This document shows positions 1 to 22,464 of a stretch of DNA of 64,000 nucleotides, in pieces (within the stretch, counting starts at the first letter, position 1; every line of letters starts with the position of its first letter). Position numbers and translations under genes: made by a program. The DNA lies in NCBI RefSeq assembly GCF_016432865.1, contig NC_067398.1, positions 117,490,001 through 117,554,000 of the forward strand. The letters are read 5' to 3'. The notes under the pieces were generated by a model. The model did no database searches. It was not told the DNA's origin and saw only the letters and a program-made list of their open reading frames with translations. The DNA comes from Antechinus flavipes. Taxonomy: Eukaryota.

Positions 1-108
1 GAAGCAGAGGATTATAATTGTTCGGGTTTCATTCTTAAATCCAGATTTGGCCAAACCCCACTTTAGACTCCAAAATCCCATATTTGCAGAACTCTGTGTC
101 TTGGTTAC

Positions 109-222
109 CATTGTGAGCTGCAGTGTGCAGGAAAGAATCATCCACGAGCAGGCAATGTCCCTCAGACCAGCACTGGGGCTCACCCCCAACAACTAATTCA
201 CAACCAGGGGGAATCTTCAGGC
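109..222 (-). CDS. ASPHD1: ASPHD1 coding exon 2 (114 nt)
   Basis: acceptor ttctccaacag|, donor |gtaacc; [37 protein letters not shown]. Confidence 0.95.
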
Positions 223-1085
223 CTGTTGGAGAAGGCCCAGGTAAAAATCAGAGGAGTCACCAAACTCAGAAATTCCTATCACTTCCCCAGATCTATAATC
301 TTCCATTTTGCCCCAGGTTTGACCTAAACATCCTTAATTTACTACTTACCCAAGTGACAACGAACCCGAGCATTAGTGGGTCCACAGCGTCCCTCAAGTC
401 TGGCTCCAGGCAGAAGAACAGAAAAACCAGCATTGCCAAAAGAATTGGCACTCACAAAGCTTCTCAGTCCTCTAAGAGCCCGATAAGCCCCTGGGCAGCG
501 TCGGCAATTATTTGGCTGACACCGACCAGCCCTGTAGAGTAGGAACTGGTGGCAGCCAGGCGCCAAAGGAGAAGACCAACCCCGTGGTGGAGAAGATGTC
601 CCTGAGAAATCCCAGCTCACAGTTCCAAAGTCCCGAAGAATGGCAGGGAAATTACTTTCTAGGAGTTCCACATCATGTCGCTGAGCATCCCGGGGCACAA
701 ATGGAGCAGAAGGAAGATCCGGCAAAAAGAGTAGAGCTGGGCGTTGGATTCCTGGACCTCCACCGAGGCTGCTGCTGCCCTGAGCTGCCCTCCTCACCCT
801 CCCCATCCCAGCCCAGGAGTAACGCTGGGCATAGGCCCGAAGTCTCCTACTCACCAGGCCTTCTGCCCCAGGCCCTTCACCAGGCTCCCTGGTAATCCCT
901 GACCCTTGACCTCCAGCCTCCGAACCTCTACCAGCTCCAGCACCCCCTCTGCTAGCACCCCCTACCCCAGGGATTGGGGTATCCTGTGAGCCCAATCGAT
1001 AGCAGTACCAGAGGAAAAGGGAAGTGAGGGCCCCAAGGATCAGAGTGAGGGCTGGGCAGGCCAGGGGTAGTGGCCAAGGGGGCAT
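109..1085 (-). CDS. ASPHD1: ASPHD1 (aspartate beta-hydroxylase domain-containing 1), coding exons 1-2; 3' end lies left of window
   Basis: Exons 1085-350 and 222-109 join in frame (...RVRCHLG|[37 protein letters not shown]). N-terminal TM segment and Asp/Asn beta-hydroxylase-type domain recognised; synteny with SEZ6L2. Confidence 0.96.
350..1085 (-). CDS. ASPHD1: ASPHD1 coding exon 1
   Basis: ccaccATG at 1085, [35 protein letters not shown]...; donor G|gtaagt at 349. Confidence 0.95.
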
Positions 1086-1499
1086 GGTGGAAATGGAGTG
1101 GGGAGTCTAGTCAAAAGGCCCCAGGCATTCCCTAAATCTTTCCCTCCTCACCCTGCCCTACTGGCTCTTTCCTCTAACAACCTCAGATTTACCCTCCTAG
1201 GGCCTTACTCCATGCTGTCTTCCTCATTCTCCATCACCTTTCCTTCCTGGCCCCCTTTTTCTGGGGTTTTTGCCTCCACGATTCTGCTTCCACTTTTCAA
1301 TTTCTCTCTTCTTCCATCAGCAGTTCCTGTCCCACCTCATCATGCAGCCCTCAGATCCTGAAGTGGATCCTAATCCTCTGCAGCAGCTTCCACCTTCCCT
1401 CCACAACCCTCTCCTTCCTTTCCTCTCTTCTTCTGTCCCTCTCCACCTCCTCGTCTCTCCTTTTCCCCTCCCCTTAACTCCGCTCTATCCCTTCTATTC

Positions 1500-2200
1500 T
1501 CCTCTCCTCTCTCCCCCTCCTTTCCCACTCACCCTGACGTCATCTTCCCCCCTTCCCTCCCCCGCACCCATCATTTCAGGCCCACCCCAGAATCAGCCGC
1601 ATCTCGGGGATACTCGCGTCAGGAAGGGAAAGAGCAGAGGGAAGGGGGCAAGGCAAGGAGGGGAGAGGGAGCTTTTGTAATCCGGGGTTGGAGGCAGGGG
1701 AGGGATGACCCCTGAAGGCTTGGAAAGCAAGACTGACAGAGCTGGACTCCCCTCCTTGGCTGGATGTCAAGTCGGGCTCTGAGGTGGCTGCGTTGGAGTC
1801 CGGCCGGCCCGCAATGCGAAAAGGGGGAGGGAGGGGCGGGGCATGGAGCCAATGGTTAGGGAAGAGTGGAGAGACCAACAGATTGGTGGGGCGAGGGCGG
1901 CAGTGACAACCCGCGGGAGGCAATCAAGTCAGCAGCTTCCAGGGGCAGAGCCACCTCAGTCTGTCTCTAGGTGACTCTTCTCCCTCCCAGCACCAGTCTA
2001 CGCTTCCCGCAAGACAGTCACTGGAACGCCTGTGATTGCCGGCGAGAGGCGAAGGTGGAGGCTGCCCCAGCCAATCAGCTTTGAAAGCCGGGGCTCTGGA
2101 GCTGAGGGGCGGAGCCGAGGACGAGCGCTGTCCTTGGGTCGGTGGTGCTGAAAGAGGCCTGCGCCCCGGAGCCCGTTAAAACCCTTCTTGGGAAGAGTGC
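1500..2200. promoter_or_regulatory. CpG-rich bidirectional promoter of ASPHD1/SEZ6L2
   Basis: Between divergent starts; palindromic CRE TGACGTCA 1535-1542, CCAAT/ATTGG boxes near 1850, 1882 and 2071, GC boxes, spaced RE1 at 2124-2152. Confidence 0.7.
2124..2152 (-). promoter_or_regulatory. Non-canonical (expanded spacer) RE1/NRSE REST site
   Basis: Minus strand TTCAGCACC-accgacccaa-GGACAGCGCT: both RE1 half-sites, 10-nt instead of 2-nt spacer. Confidence 0.6.
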
Positions 2201-3566
2201 AATGAAGCAGCGGGAACAGTTCTAGAAAGCAGAGAAGAGGGTGGGCAAGAGAAGCGCTGTATAAGCTTGGGACAAGATACACTCCAGACTGAAGCTAGTT
2301 TGAAGGATTCTGCGGAAAGGATTCCCTGAGGAAATCAAGAAGGGACATTTTAGACATTAGACCCTCTCCCACTTCGTCCTCCCGTTTGAAAGCCAGTGTA
2401 GTACTTCTGGGGTGGGGGAAGGGTGGATAGGAGAGCAAATTCCCTCTGATGCTGGGAGGCAAATTCACCCTACATGGTTGAGGAAAGGGAGGGAGATGTA
2501 AATCCGGGTGCAGAGTTGGGGGTGTCTTGGGAAACAGAAGGAAATGCAGCTGCGTTGCGGCTTACAGATCTGGGAAGAAAGCGATTAAAATTCCAGATGT
2601 ACTGGGAGGATATCCTGGAGGGCGGGGGGCACTAATTAGAGATGTAACCGGATTGAGGCTTTCCTTTTTCTCTCACCAGTGGATTAAGGAGTGCGGATGT
2701 ACGGTGGGGGAATTAACATAACTCGGTGCCCGCCTTCATACAGTGCACCCTCCCTCCTCTGGTCTCCTTCCTACGTCGGCTCTCCCCCCACATACCCACG
2801 CAGCAGGTCCCTCCCCTCGCCCGGCCCCAGGATCTGACGTGGGCTTCGACACCTTTCTCAGCTTCTCCCTCTCGCAGCCTCAGCTCTCGAGCTGCACCCC
2901 CCCACCCCGCATCTCCCTCCCCCAGGACCCAACGACCCTCTCTCCTCTTTCCCCATAAAACCCTTCTAGAATCCTTTAGATACTCCTCCCTAGCCTTCAT
3001 TCTTTCCACCTCCTACCCCAAGCTACAATTCCAATCTCTACCCTGCACCCCAACAACCTGGCATCTAATCGAGGCCGAAAACAGGCGTCAGGGGTAGAGT
3101 GGAACCCAGGCGTCCCTGGATCTCTGAGAGAGCCTGGTCTGATTTAGCACTCCCCCACTGAGCCCCACCCCCTGCAGCCGCAGCCGCGCCCCCTTTTCCT
3201 CTCCCCCCCCCATCCACGGGAACAGAGAGGACAGAGGTGTCCGGGCAAGAGAGAGGACCCGGGCATTCAAGGAGGCAAGAAAGCTAAGAATCTTCGGTTC
3301 CCAGTCTTTTTCCCATATATTCTTCAACACACACACACACACCTCAGCCTTTCGCCTCCTGTCGAGCCCTGGATTTTCTTCCTTAAAAGGAAGCAGTAGT
3401 AGACGGGAGCAGAATAGGCAAGAAGAGCAAGAAGACTAGCTCTTCAGCTCCTGGGAAGGGAAGAATTAGGGGAATAACCAAGAAGCTGAGTAAAGACGAC
3501 TAGTTCTTCAGCCCCTGGGAGGACAGGGATTGGGGTGCGGGAGAGGGATTTGGGGATCAGGGTGTC

Positions 3567-16392
<12,826 letters not shown>

Positions 16393-17120
16393 GCACCAAT
16401 GGAAGGAGCAGAACTTTTGGATGTCCCTTCCTGACCCCTCCCCCCAGACCAACCTGGGAAGGGGGGAAGAAGAACTGGATCCTCCATTCCCAGCTCTCAA
16501 CATCTCATGCTTCTCCCTTCTCCTTGTAAATACCCTAAGACCCCATTAAGGACAATAAATACCCTGAAGATCCTCTGGTAAAAATAAGCCAGCATCCTGC
16601 CTCCCAAGTCATCCTTTTTCTCTGTTGCCAAATGCAGGGGGTCCTTCTTTTGCCTCCTATACCCATAATCTGGCTCCCCAGCCCTAAAATACAGGGTTGT
16701 CCCTTGGTTACTTAGCATTGGGGCCAATCATAAGGGGAGAGGGGTAATATATCTTAGTCCAGGTCCTAACCAACTTGTCCCTGTGGCTACCACAGGGATC
16801 AGTCTTAGAGGGCTCGACATCTTTTTCCTTATTCTCTGGTGGCTCTCATTGCTTACCAGTTCCCTGGCCACACATGTTCCTGTCCTACCAGCACTATCCA
16901 TTCTTGGATTTTCCTTTTGCTCTCCCCTACCCACTGCTCCTTCAGGCCAAGAGCTCTCGGCAGCCCCTTTTTGCCCAATAGCCTCAGTCTTTTGGCTAGG
17001 CAGAGTAAGAGTAGGGTGGGCTAGGGAAATGACCCCTAACCCCTGCAGTCCCTTCCTCCCTTCAGGTTCCCCCAGTTCTACCCTTTATCCCTTCTGGCTT
17101 CTGGATTTTTGTTTTCAAGC

Positions 17121-17126
17121 AATAAA
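17121..17126 (+). terminator. Candidate SEZ6L2 polyadenylation signal
   Basis: AATAAA ~730 nt after stop; alternatives at 16554 and 18057. Confidence 0.5.
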
Positions 17127-17726
17127 CAGAAAATCACCATTTGTAACTGGGCCCAGTATTATGGTGGGGGCAGCTTATAAGTGGGAAGAGGGAGCAGAAG
17201 AGTTTGTTGGGGGAATGGCAAAACAAGACCATACTTTCTACTCTTATGGAAGCTGAGTAGGTTCAGCTGAGGCTTGGAGCAAATACTCTCTGAATGCTTA
17301 ACTGAAGATCTAATGGCAACAGCCCTTCAGAGAGAAATAAGAGCTAAGAGAATGAAAAGGGAATTTCCAGATCTTCCAATTTCACCACATATTGTACAGC
17401 TGAGGAAAAAAAAAAGAGGCCTAGAAAGGGAAAAGTGATTTCTACAAGGCCACTAACAAGAGCAGAGAAACAAGGTCCCCCAATTCCCCAAATCCATTCC
17501 ACCATAACGACTTTTGAGGAGAGCCAGGAACTCCTCTTATCCTCAGAGCTCAGTGCTCTATGTCCAGCCCTCAGTTGACTATGTTAGTAAATGAAGGAGA
17601 TTCTGGGAGAGAATACAAAATAATAGATAATTCAAAATAGTCAATTATCAATGATACTAGATTATAAACCCCTAGCAGATAATCTGCAATACTGTATAGA
17701 ACTAGATACTGGATAGAAAGCACTTT

Positions 17727-17800
17727 ACATTCTTCCTAGGTCTGAAATCATAGGATGCTAGTGACATTCTTCCTAGGGATGAAATCATAGGATGCTAGTG
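17727..17800. repeat. 37-bp tandem duplication (2 copies)
   Basis: acattcttcctagg(tc/ga)tgaaatcataggatgctagtg twice, 2 mismatches. Confidence 0.95.
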
Positions 17801-17871
17801 CTTAAGAATTGATTGGTTTTTTTTGTTTGTTTGTTTGTTTGTTTGTTTTTTTGTTTGTTTGTTTTTTTGCC

Positions 17872-18022
17872 TTTTTTAATGGTGATGCTGAGCTTCAGTG
17901 AATGCTACTATAAAAATAGAATTTACCTTTTTTCATCAAGTTTTGGGTTTGGGTTTTTTTTTTTTTAATGGTGATGCTGAGTTTTAGTGAATGCTACTAT
18001 AAAAATAGAATTTGCCTTTTTT
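17872..18022. repeat. ~62-bp direct duplication, 89-bp period
   Basis: ttttttaatggtgatgctgag...gaatgctactataaaaatagaattt(a/g)cctttttt at 17872 and 17961. Confidence 0.93.
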
Positions 18023-18250
18023 TTCCAGCAAGTGGAAGTGGTAGTGGAAATTCAATAATAAAGTCATGTCCTAGACAACCTACCTTGTAGATCATATATA
18101 CGTGAAGAACTCCTTAAAAGATAGCTAATCCACTATTCCCCTCTCTCCCTTGTACCAGTGGTAGTGTATCCCACTCATTACCCTACTCAGATAAGGTCAG
18201 ACCACAGCATTGCCTGAATTGGGGGAGGGGAAGGCGGGGGTCCCCGTCTC

Positions 18251-18256
18251 TTTATT
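18251..18256 (-). terminator. Polyadenylation signal of CDIPT-opposite-strand gene
   Basis: AATAAA on minus strand 150 nt after predicted stop codon. Confidence 0.7.
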
Positions 18257-18405
18257 AGTCTCTGGCTCCTGATGGTGTCATGGCCGGGCTGTAGGGAGTG
18301 AAGAAGAATGTCTTTGGGAGAGTCTTTGGGTCTTGCGGATGATGACACTCATAGCCAGGAGTCCACCCCTAGGATTTTTTCAGATGAATTTTGAAGAGTG
18401 GGATC

Positions 18406-18417
18406 TCAAGCCACATT
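18406..18417 (-). CDS. CDIPT-opposite gene last coding exon
   Basis: ctctcctctcctccttttcttccctcag|NVA-TGA, then AATAAA. Confidence 0.68.
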   Translation of the reverse strand, partial: NVA

Positions 18418-20752
18418 CTGAGGGAAGAAAAGGAGGAGAGGAGAGATGTGAACTCCTCCTCCCTTTCCTAAATGGTCCTTTCTTGGGTCAGGAGTTGAAG
18501 GAGAACATCTGCTTCTAAAGCTTCTGAGGGAAGTATTCTGTCCCTCTTAATATTTTTGTGACCTGCTGTCCCTTGGTCCCCACAAACCTGCCCCAACCTC
18601 CAAAGCATCCCTACAGAATCTTACTGGTAGAGGGTCTTACAGGTCATCTGGGTTAACATCCAACCACGGAGAAATCTCACCTACAACCTCTTAGAGAGAT
18701 GGTCATCAAGTCTTTGCTTCAACACTTCTAGTAACCCAGAGCTTTTTGAGGCAGCTGGTGAGCAGTTCTGATGGAATATCTTTCCTAAATGGAAATCTCC
18801 TTCCCTGTCACTTCCTTCCATTGAGTCTAGTTCTTCTCTCTGGAGTAAATACAGATTACAGCTATTGCCTCTTCCACACGATAACACTTCAAATCTATGA
18901 AGTCAGGTTTCACATCTTTCCCAAGTCTTCTCTCTTCCAAGCTAGGTAGACTTAGTTCCTTCAAAAGCTACATATAAGAATGATTTCCAGGCTCATCCTC
19001 ATGCTAATAATTACCTTTCTTTGGGTGAATTCCATCTTGTCATTGTACCTTTGACTCTACCTTAAAATGTTGCAGCCACCGTTCAAAAATACCTTGATAC
19101 TTCCTTGTTCTTTCCTCAAGGGATAGGAAGAGAGGCCTTCTGGGATTGTAGTCGACCTCCGAGTATTCCATCGGGGAATCAAATACATGCTTCCACCCAG
19201 AGTGTCCTCTTGTCGTACAGTCTCTACCTAGGAAGGGACAGAGATTAATGCAAAACTCTATTCCCAGGTGCTAGTCAGGAATAGAATAAGGGAACTGGTT
19301 CTTTCTCTCTCACCTGCTTATGTTGGGATAGGTCTTTCTCTTTCGACTTCAGCAATTTAACTTTCTCATCTTTAAAATCTTCAACCTGAAGCATTACAAG
19401 GAAGAAGAAGGGCTTGGTTTGTTTCTGGGATTTGGAATATAATCTTTCTTATTCTGAGATAAGGGAATTCCTGTAGTTTCCTCCCTCAAGTGAGAAAGCA
19501 TAAGAATCTTCTCTCTGTCACATTCCTTTCTACAATCCCTAGCTCTCAATAGGGCCCATCGGGTTGGAAGAAAATCTTATCACATACCATCTCTCTGGAT
19601 GGCAGGAGATGAGTCTTGTTTCTGGTCCTGTTTCTGTCAGAACTACAAAGAAGAAGAAAGGATGTGGATAGGAAGAAAATGAATTCCATAGTAAAAATGA
19701 ATTCCATGGTGGAGTGCAGCCCAGATACTCCCTCTTCAAAGTTCCTTCCCATCTAAAGTTCTCCATAACATCTCCTCCCAAAAGTGAATTCTCATTTCCT
19801 ACTTCCCCTTCGCCCCTGTAAAATATAGAAAACTACTGGATTTGAAATATGAAGACTTGGGTTCAACACTTGGTTCTGACACTTTCTAAACTTGTGAGCA
19901 AGTTACTTAGTTTTTTTTTTTTTTGTTATTTCTAAGTGAGGAAGATAACACTTGTACTCACAAGTTACTTAGCTTTTTTTTTATTATTATCTGTAAAATG
20001 GGGAAAATAATATTTGCACTTCACAGCCCTACAAGGTTGTAATGAATAAAACAAATTGTAAAAGCCCCATATAACAATATTATTGTTTCTCTTTCTTCAA
20101 TTCCCCATTGCCCTAAGGTGTGATCTTTCTCCTCAGGGATTCTCACCGAGTATCTGTGCCCTTGGTCCGAGTGGTTGGCGGCACTGAAAACATAGGCCCT
20201 AGTTAGAAAGAGTGCCTCTCTCTGTGACCAAAAAGGGAAAAAGGGGTTGGAATAACTAGTCACAGGGAGTGGGTAGTTAAGATCAAGAATACGGAAATGA
20301 AACACAGATGCTTGTAAGGTTGTATGACGTTAGATGGGAATGGCACCTAAAGGGGGGGCCTGCCAGGGTTCAAAACGGGTTCCTAGGGAGTAGACTTTGG
20401 GGCTGGAGTTCAGGGCACTGTATTAGAGCAGGGATCACCGTGTCGGGACATCTGAGTTCCCTGGTCCAGTTTTTTCAATTCCTTGGGCAGGTCAGGCCCT
20501 ATTGGATATTGGGCTCCCATCAGGGCCTCGTTGGTAAGTTCTGTGCTGATACGGACCAAATACTCCTCAGATCTGGTTAACACCTTGCAGGAAGGATGAG
20601 AGTTGAGGGGACCAGGGTCAGATGGTCAATTTTGGGGGAGAAAAGTGCCCCTTTCCCTGCAATCCTCCCACTGCACTCACCGCTGGTGTAGGGGAATTAT
20701 GTGAATTTAGAGTGCCCTTTTTCTCCTGAGGCCCTGAAGGACTGGACGCCAT
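18406..20752 (-). CDS. Uncharacterised 180-aa protein, CDIPT opposite-strand gene (positional ortholog of human CDIPTOSP / mouse Cdiptos)
   Basis: Seven exons 20752-20681, 20583-20439, 20198-20147, 19642-19588, 19385-19314, 19227-19093, 18417-18406, all with AG/GT sites and matching phases 0,1,2,0,0,0; 543-nt ORF, Kozak gggATGG, AATAAA downstream, X-box upstream. Confidence 0.8.
18640..19010. mobile_element. Ancient CR1/L3-type LINE remnant (approximate)
   Basis: Resembles degenerate CR1 3' end (ccattgagtctagttcttctctctgga...ctcttccaagcta...ttccttcaa). Confidence 0.45.
19093..19227 (-). CDS. CDIPT-opposite gene coding exon 6
   Basis: ctctgtcccttcctag|VETVRQEDTLGGSMYLIPRWNTRRSTTIPEGLSSYPLRKEQGSIK|gtattt. 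Confidence 0.75.
19314..19385 (-). CDS. CDIPT-opposite gene coding exon 5
   Basis: cttcttccttgtaatgcttcag|VEDFKDEKVKLLKSKEKDLSQHKQ|gtgaga; only phase 0 is open. Confidence 0.8.
19588..19642 (-). CDS. CDIPT-opposite gene coding exon 4
   Basis: ttcttcttctttgtag|SDRNRTRNKTHLLPSREM|gtatgt. Confidence 0.75.
20147..20198 (-). CDS. CDIPT-opposite gene coding exon 3
   Basis: ctctttctaactag|(G)PMFSVPPTTRTKGTDT(R)|gtgaga. Confidence 0.75.
20439..20583 (-). CDS. CDIPT-opposite gene coding exon 2
   Basis: tccttcctgcaag|VLTRSEEYLVRISTELTNEALMGAQYPIGPDLPKELKKLDQGTQMSRH G|gtgatc. Confidence 0.72.
20681..20752 (-). CDS. CDIPT-opposite gene coding exon 1
   Basis: ctctctctacctgttcccag|GGG ATG; MASSPSGPQEKKGTLNSHNSPTPA|gtgagt. 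Confidence 0.8.
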
Positions 20753-21099
20753 CCCCTGGGAACAGGTAGAGAGAGGTGGGCTATTAAGTTGGAAAGTTAC
20801 CCCACTTTTTTTTTCCTTTAGAGGGTATGGGCCAAGGATGGCCTGAAACTATCCCATGATGTTATTTTCAGTCGTACGGAAAAACCACCTGCTGGTTTCC
20901 TTTCTCCAGCAGATTAACACACAAACTTTAGGGCACCCAGCCCATCATTAGTCATTTCTCCACTTTCCCTCACACCAGTCTGTCCCCCTCCCTTTCCTCA
21001 ATTTGGTCCCTTCAGTTGATTCCCTCCTCCTCCACCCCCTAGTCCTCAGGGTCCTTTCCCAAACCCAAAGGTTCAGTTTCCCATTTTTCGGACCTGATG

Positions 21100-22420
21100 T
21101 TGGATAGAAATTGCCTATGGCCCGGGAGGGGAGAGACGGGGAGGTCTTTCTAGTAGTCCCGCCGTTGCTGTTGCTATGGTTACCGGTCGCAGAGGGAAGG
21201 GAGGATGGAAGGGGGAGGGGAAGAGTGGCACGGGGAGGTTGCCCCGGGAACCACGCAGGCGGAGGGAGCTCGGCGGCGCGTTGCTAGGAGACAACCCCTT
21301 TGAATTCTAGAAGTCAAATCCGAAGTCATCTTTTTTTTTTTTCCTTCTTTTTTTCCCCGGCATCCCTTTCTTCTCCGCTCAAGCATCATCTGCAGTAGAA
21401 TTACTCAGCTTGCAGGGCGGGGAGAATTATTTATCCTACTAATAGGCTTTAATATTGAAAGAGTAGTATCCTCCCAGGGCCAGGGGGCGATCTCTAGAGT
21501 CAGCTCCTTCTAGTCTAAAGCTTCTTCCTGACGCTCTAGCTGCCACCTTGACGTCCTAGAGTAGCTGAGCTCAAAAGAGGATGAGTCAGAGTTGGAGGAA
21601 AGGGATGATTTAAGACTGAGCCAAATGCTTCATCCGGTGGGTTCTTGAAGTGTAGGTTACGTGAAATAAGTCTCTCGTTCCTTTTAAAGAAAAAAAATCC
21701 TCACAAAAATTAAAACTAGTTATTAGTATTCTTATCTAACTTCTCTTCGGTACCTTTTTCCGTTCTGAATTTACAATTCGTTCCTAGTCTCTGTGCGCGC
21801 TCTGAGCTCCCCTCCCCTCCCCGCTCTGAACTTGGTTCAAGCCGTCGGAGAGCAGAGGAGGAAAGGAAAGGAAAAGGAAGAGGGCCGTTCTTAAAGGGAT
21901 CGGAGCCACTTTTTGGCCTCCAATTTTGCGTCAGCACGGGCGGAAGAGCAGATTTCTGGGATTCAGGGGGCCTCTCCCTCGCACAGCTGGTGCTGTGACG
22001 ACTGGAAGAAAAGTGGAGAGGAAGGACTTTGAATCCATCCCTGGGCCCCGAGCGAGCGGCCTAAGGGGACTTGCATCCCTGCAGGAGGAAGGCCGGCTGG
22101 GCGCCGGAAACCGCACAACTGGACCGGCTGATGCCTGGGACGGCAGGGGGGACTTGCACATCTGGGTCCCGCCCGGGGCGGAGGCCGCGGGGTCCACTGC
22201 GACCCCGGAGCTGCTGATGCGCCGGGGAGAAAGAAGCGGCTGCACAAGGGCGGCACCGGGGTGTCTCTGGGGGCAGAGGAAAGGGGCGGAGCGGCAACCG
22301 GGGACTCGGTAGCCCTAGCCCGGGGCTTGCTTAGCTGGCTAGGTGGGTGCCTGACACGGGAGCGTCCGGGGATCGCTCCCCATCCCCGTTTCTAGAGGCC
22401 GTCCATCTCCACCCCGCCGA
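21100..22420. promoter_or_regulatory. CpG-rich bidirectional promoter CDIPT / opposite-strand gene
   Basis: High CpG density between divergent genes; ETS-like cggaag at ~21941. Confidence 0.7.
21170..21183 (-). promoter_or_regulatory. RFX X-box
   Basis: GTAACCATAGCAAC on minus strand fits GTHNYY-AT-RRNAAC. Confidence 0.7.
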
Positions 22421-22421
22421 G

Positions 22422-22464
22422 ATGCCGGAAGAAAACATCTTTCTGTTCGTGCCCAATCTCATCG
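22422..22464 (+). CDS. CDIPT: CDIPT exon 1
   Basis: MPEENIFLFVPNLI G|gtgagt. Confidence 0.96.

Noticed and set aside
123-895. Plus-strand ORFs of 139 and 127 aa overlapping ASPHD1
   Set aside because: Antisense shadows of GC-rich ASPHD1 coding sequence; no recognisable product or splice support.
17727-18022. Direct repeats superficially like a CRISPR array
   Set aside because: Eukaryotic DNA, only two copies each, no unique regular spacers.
19223-19227. Alternative acceptor 4 nt into exon 6 of the hidden gene (cctag-gtag|)
   Set aside because: Leads to a stop after 14 codons (RLYDKRTLWVEACI*); the upstream AG directly follows the pyrimidine tract.
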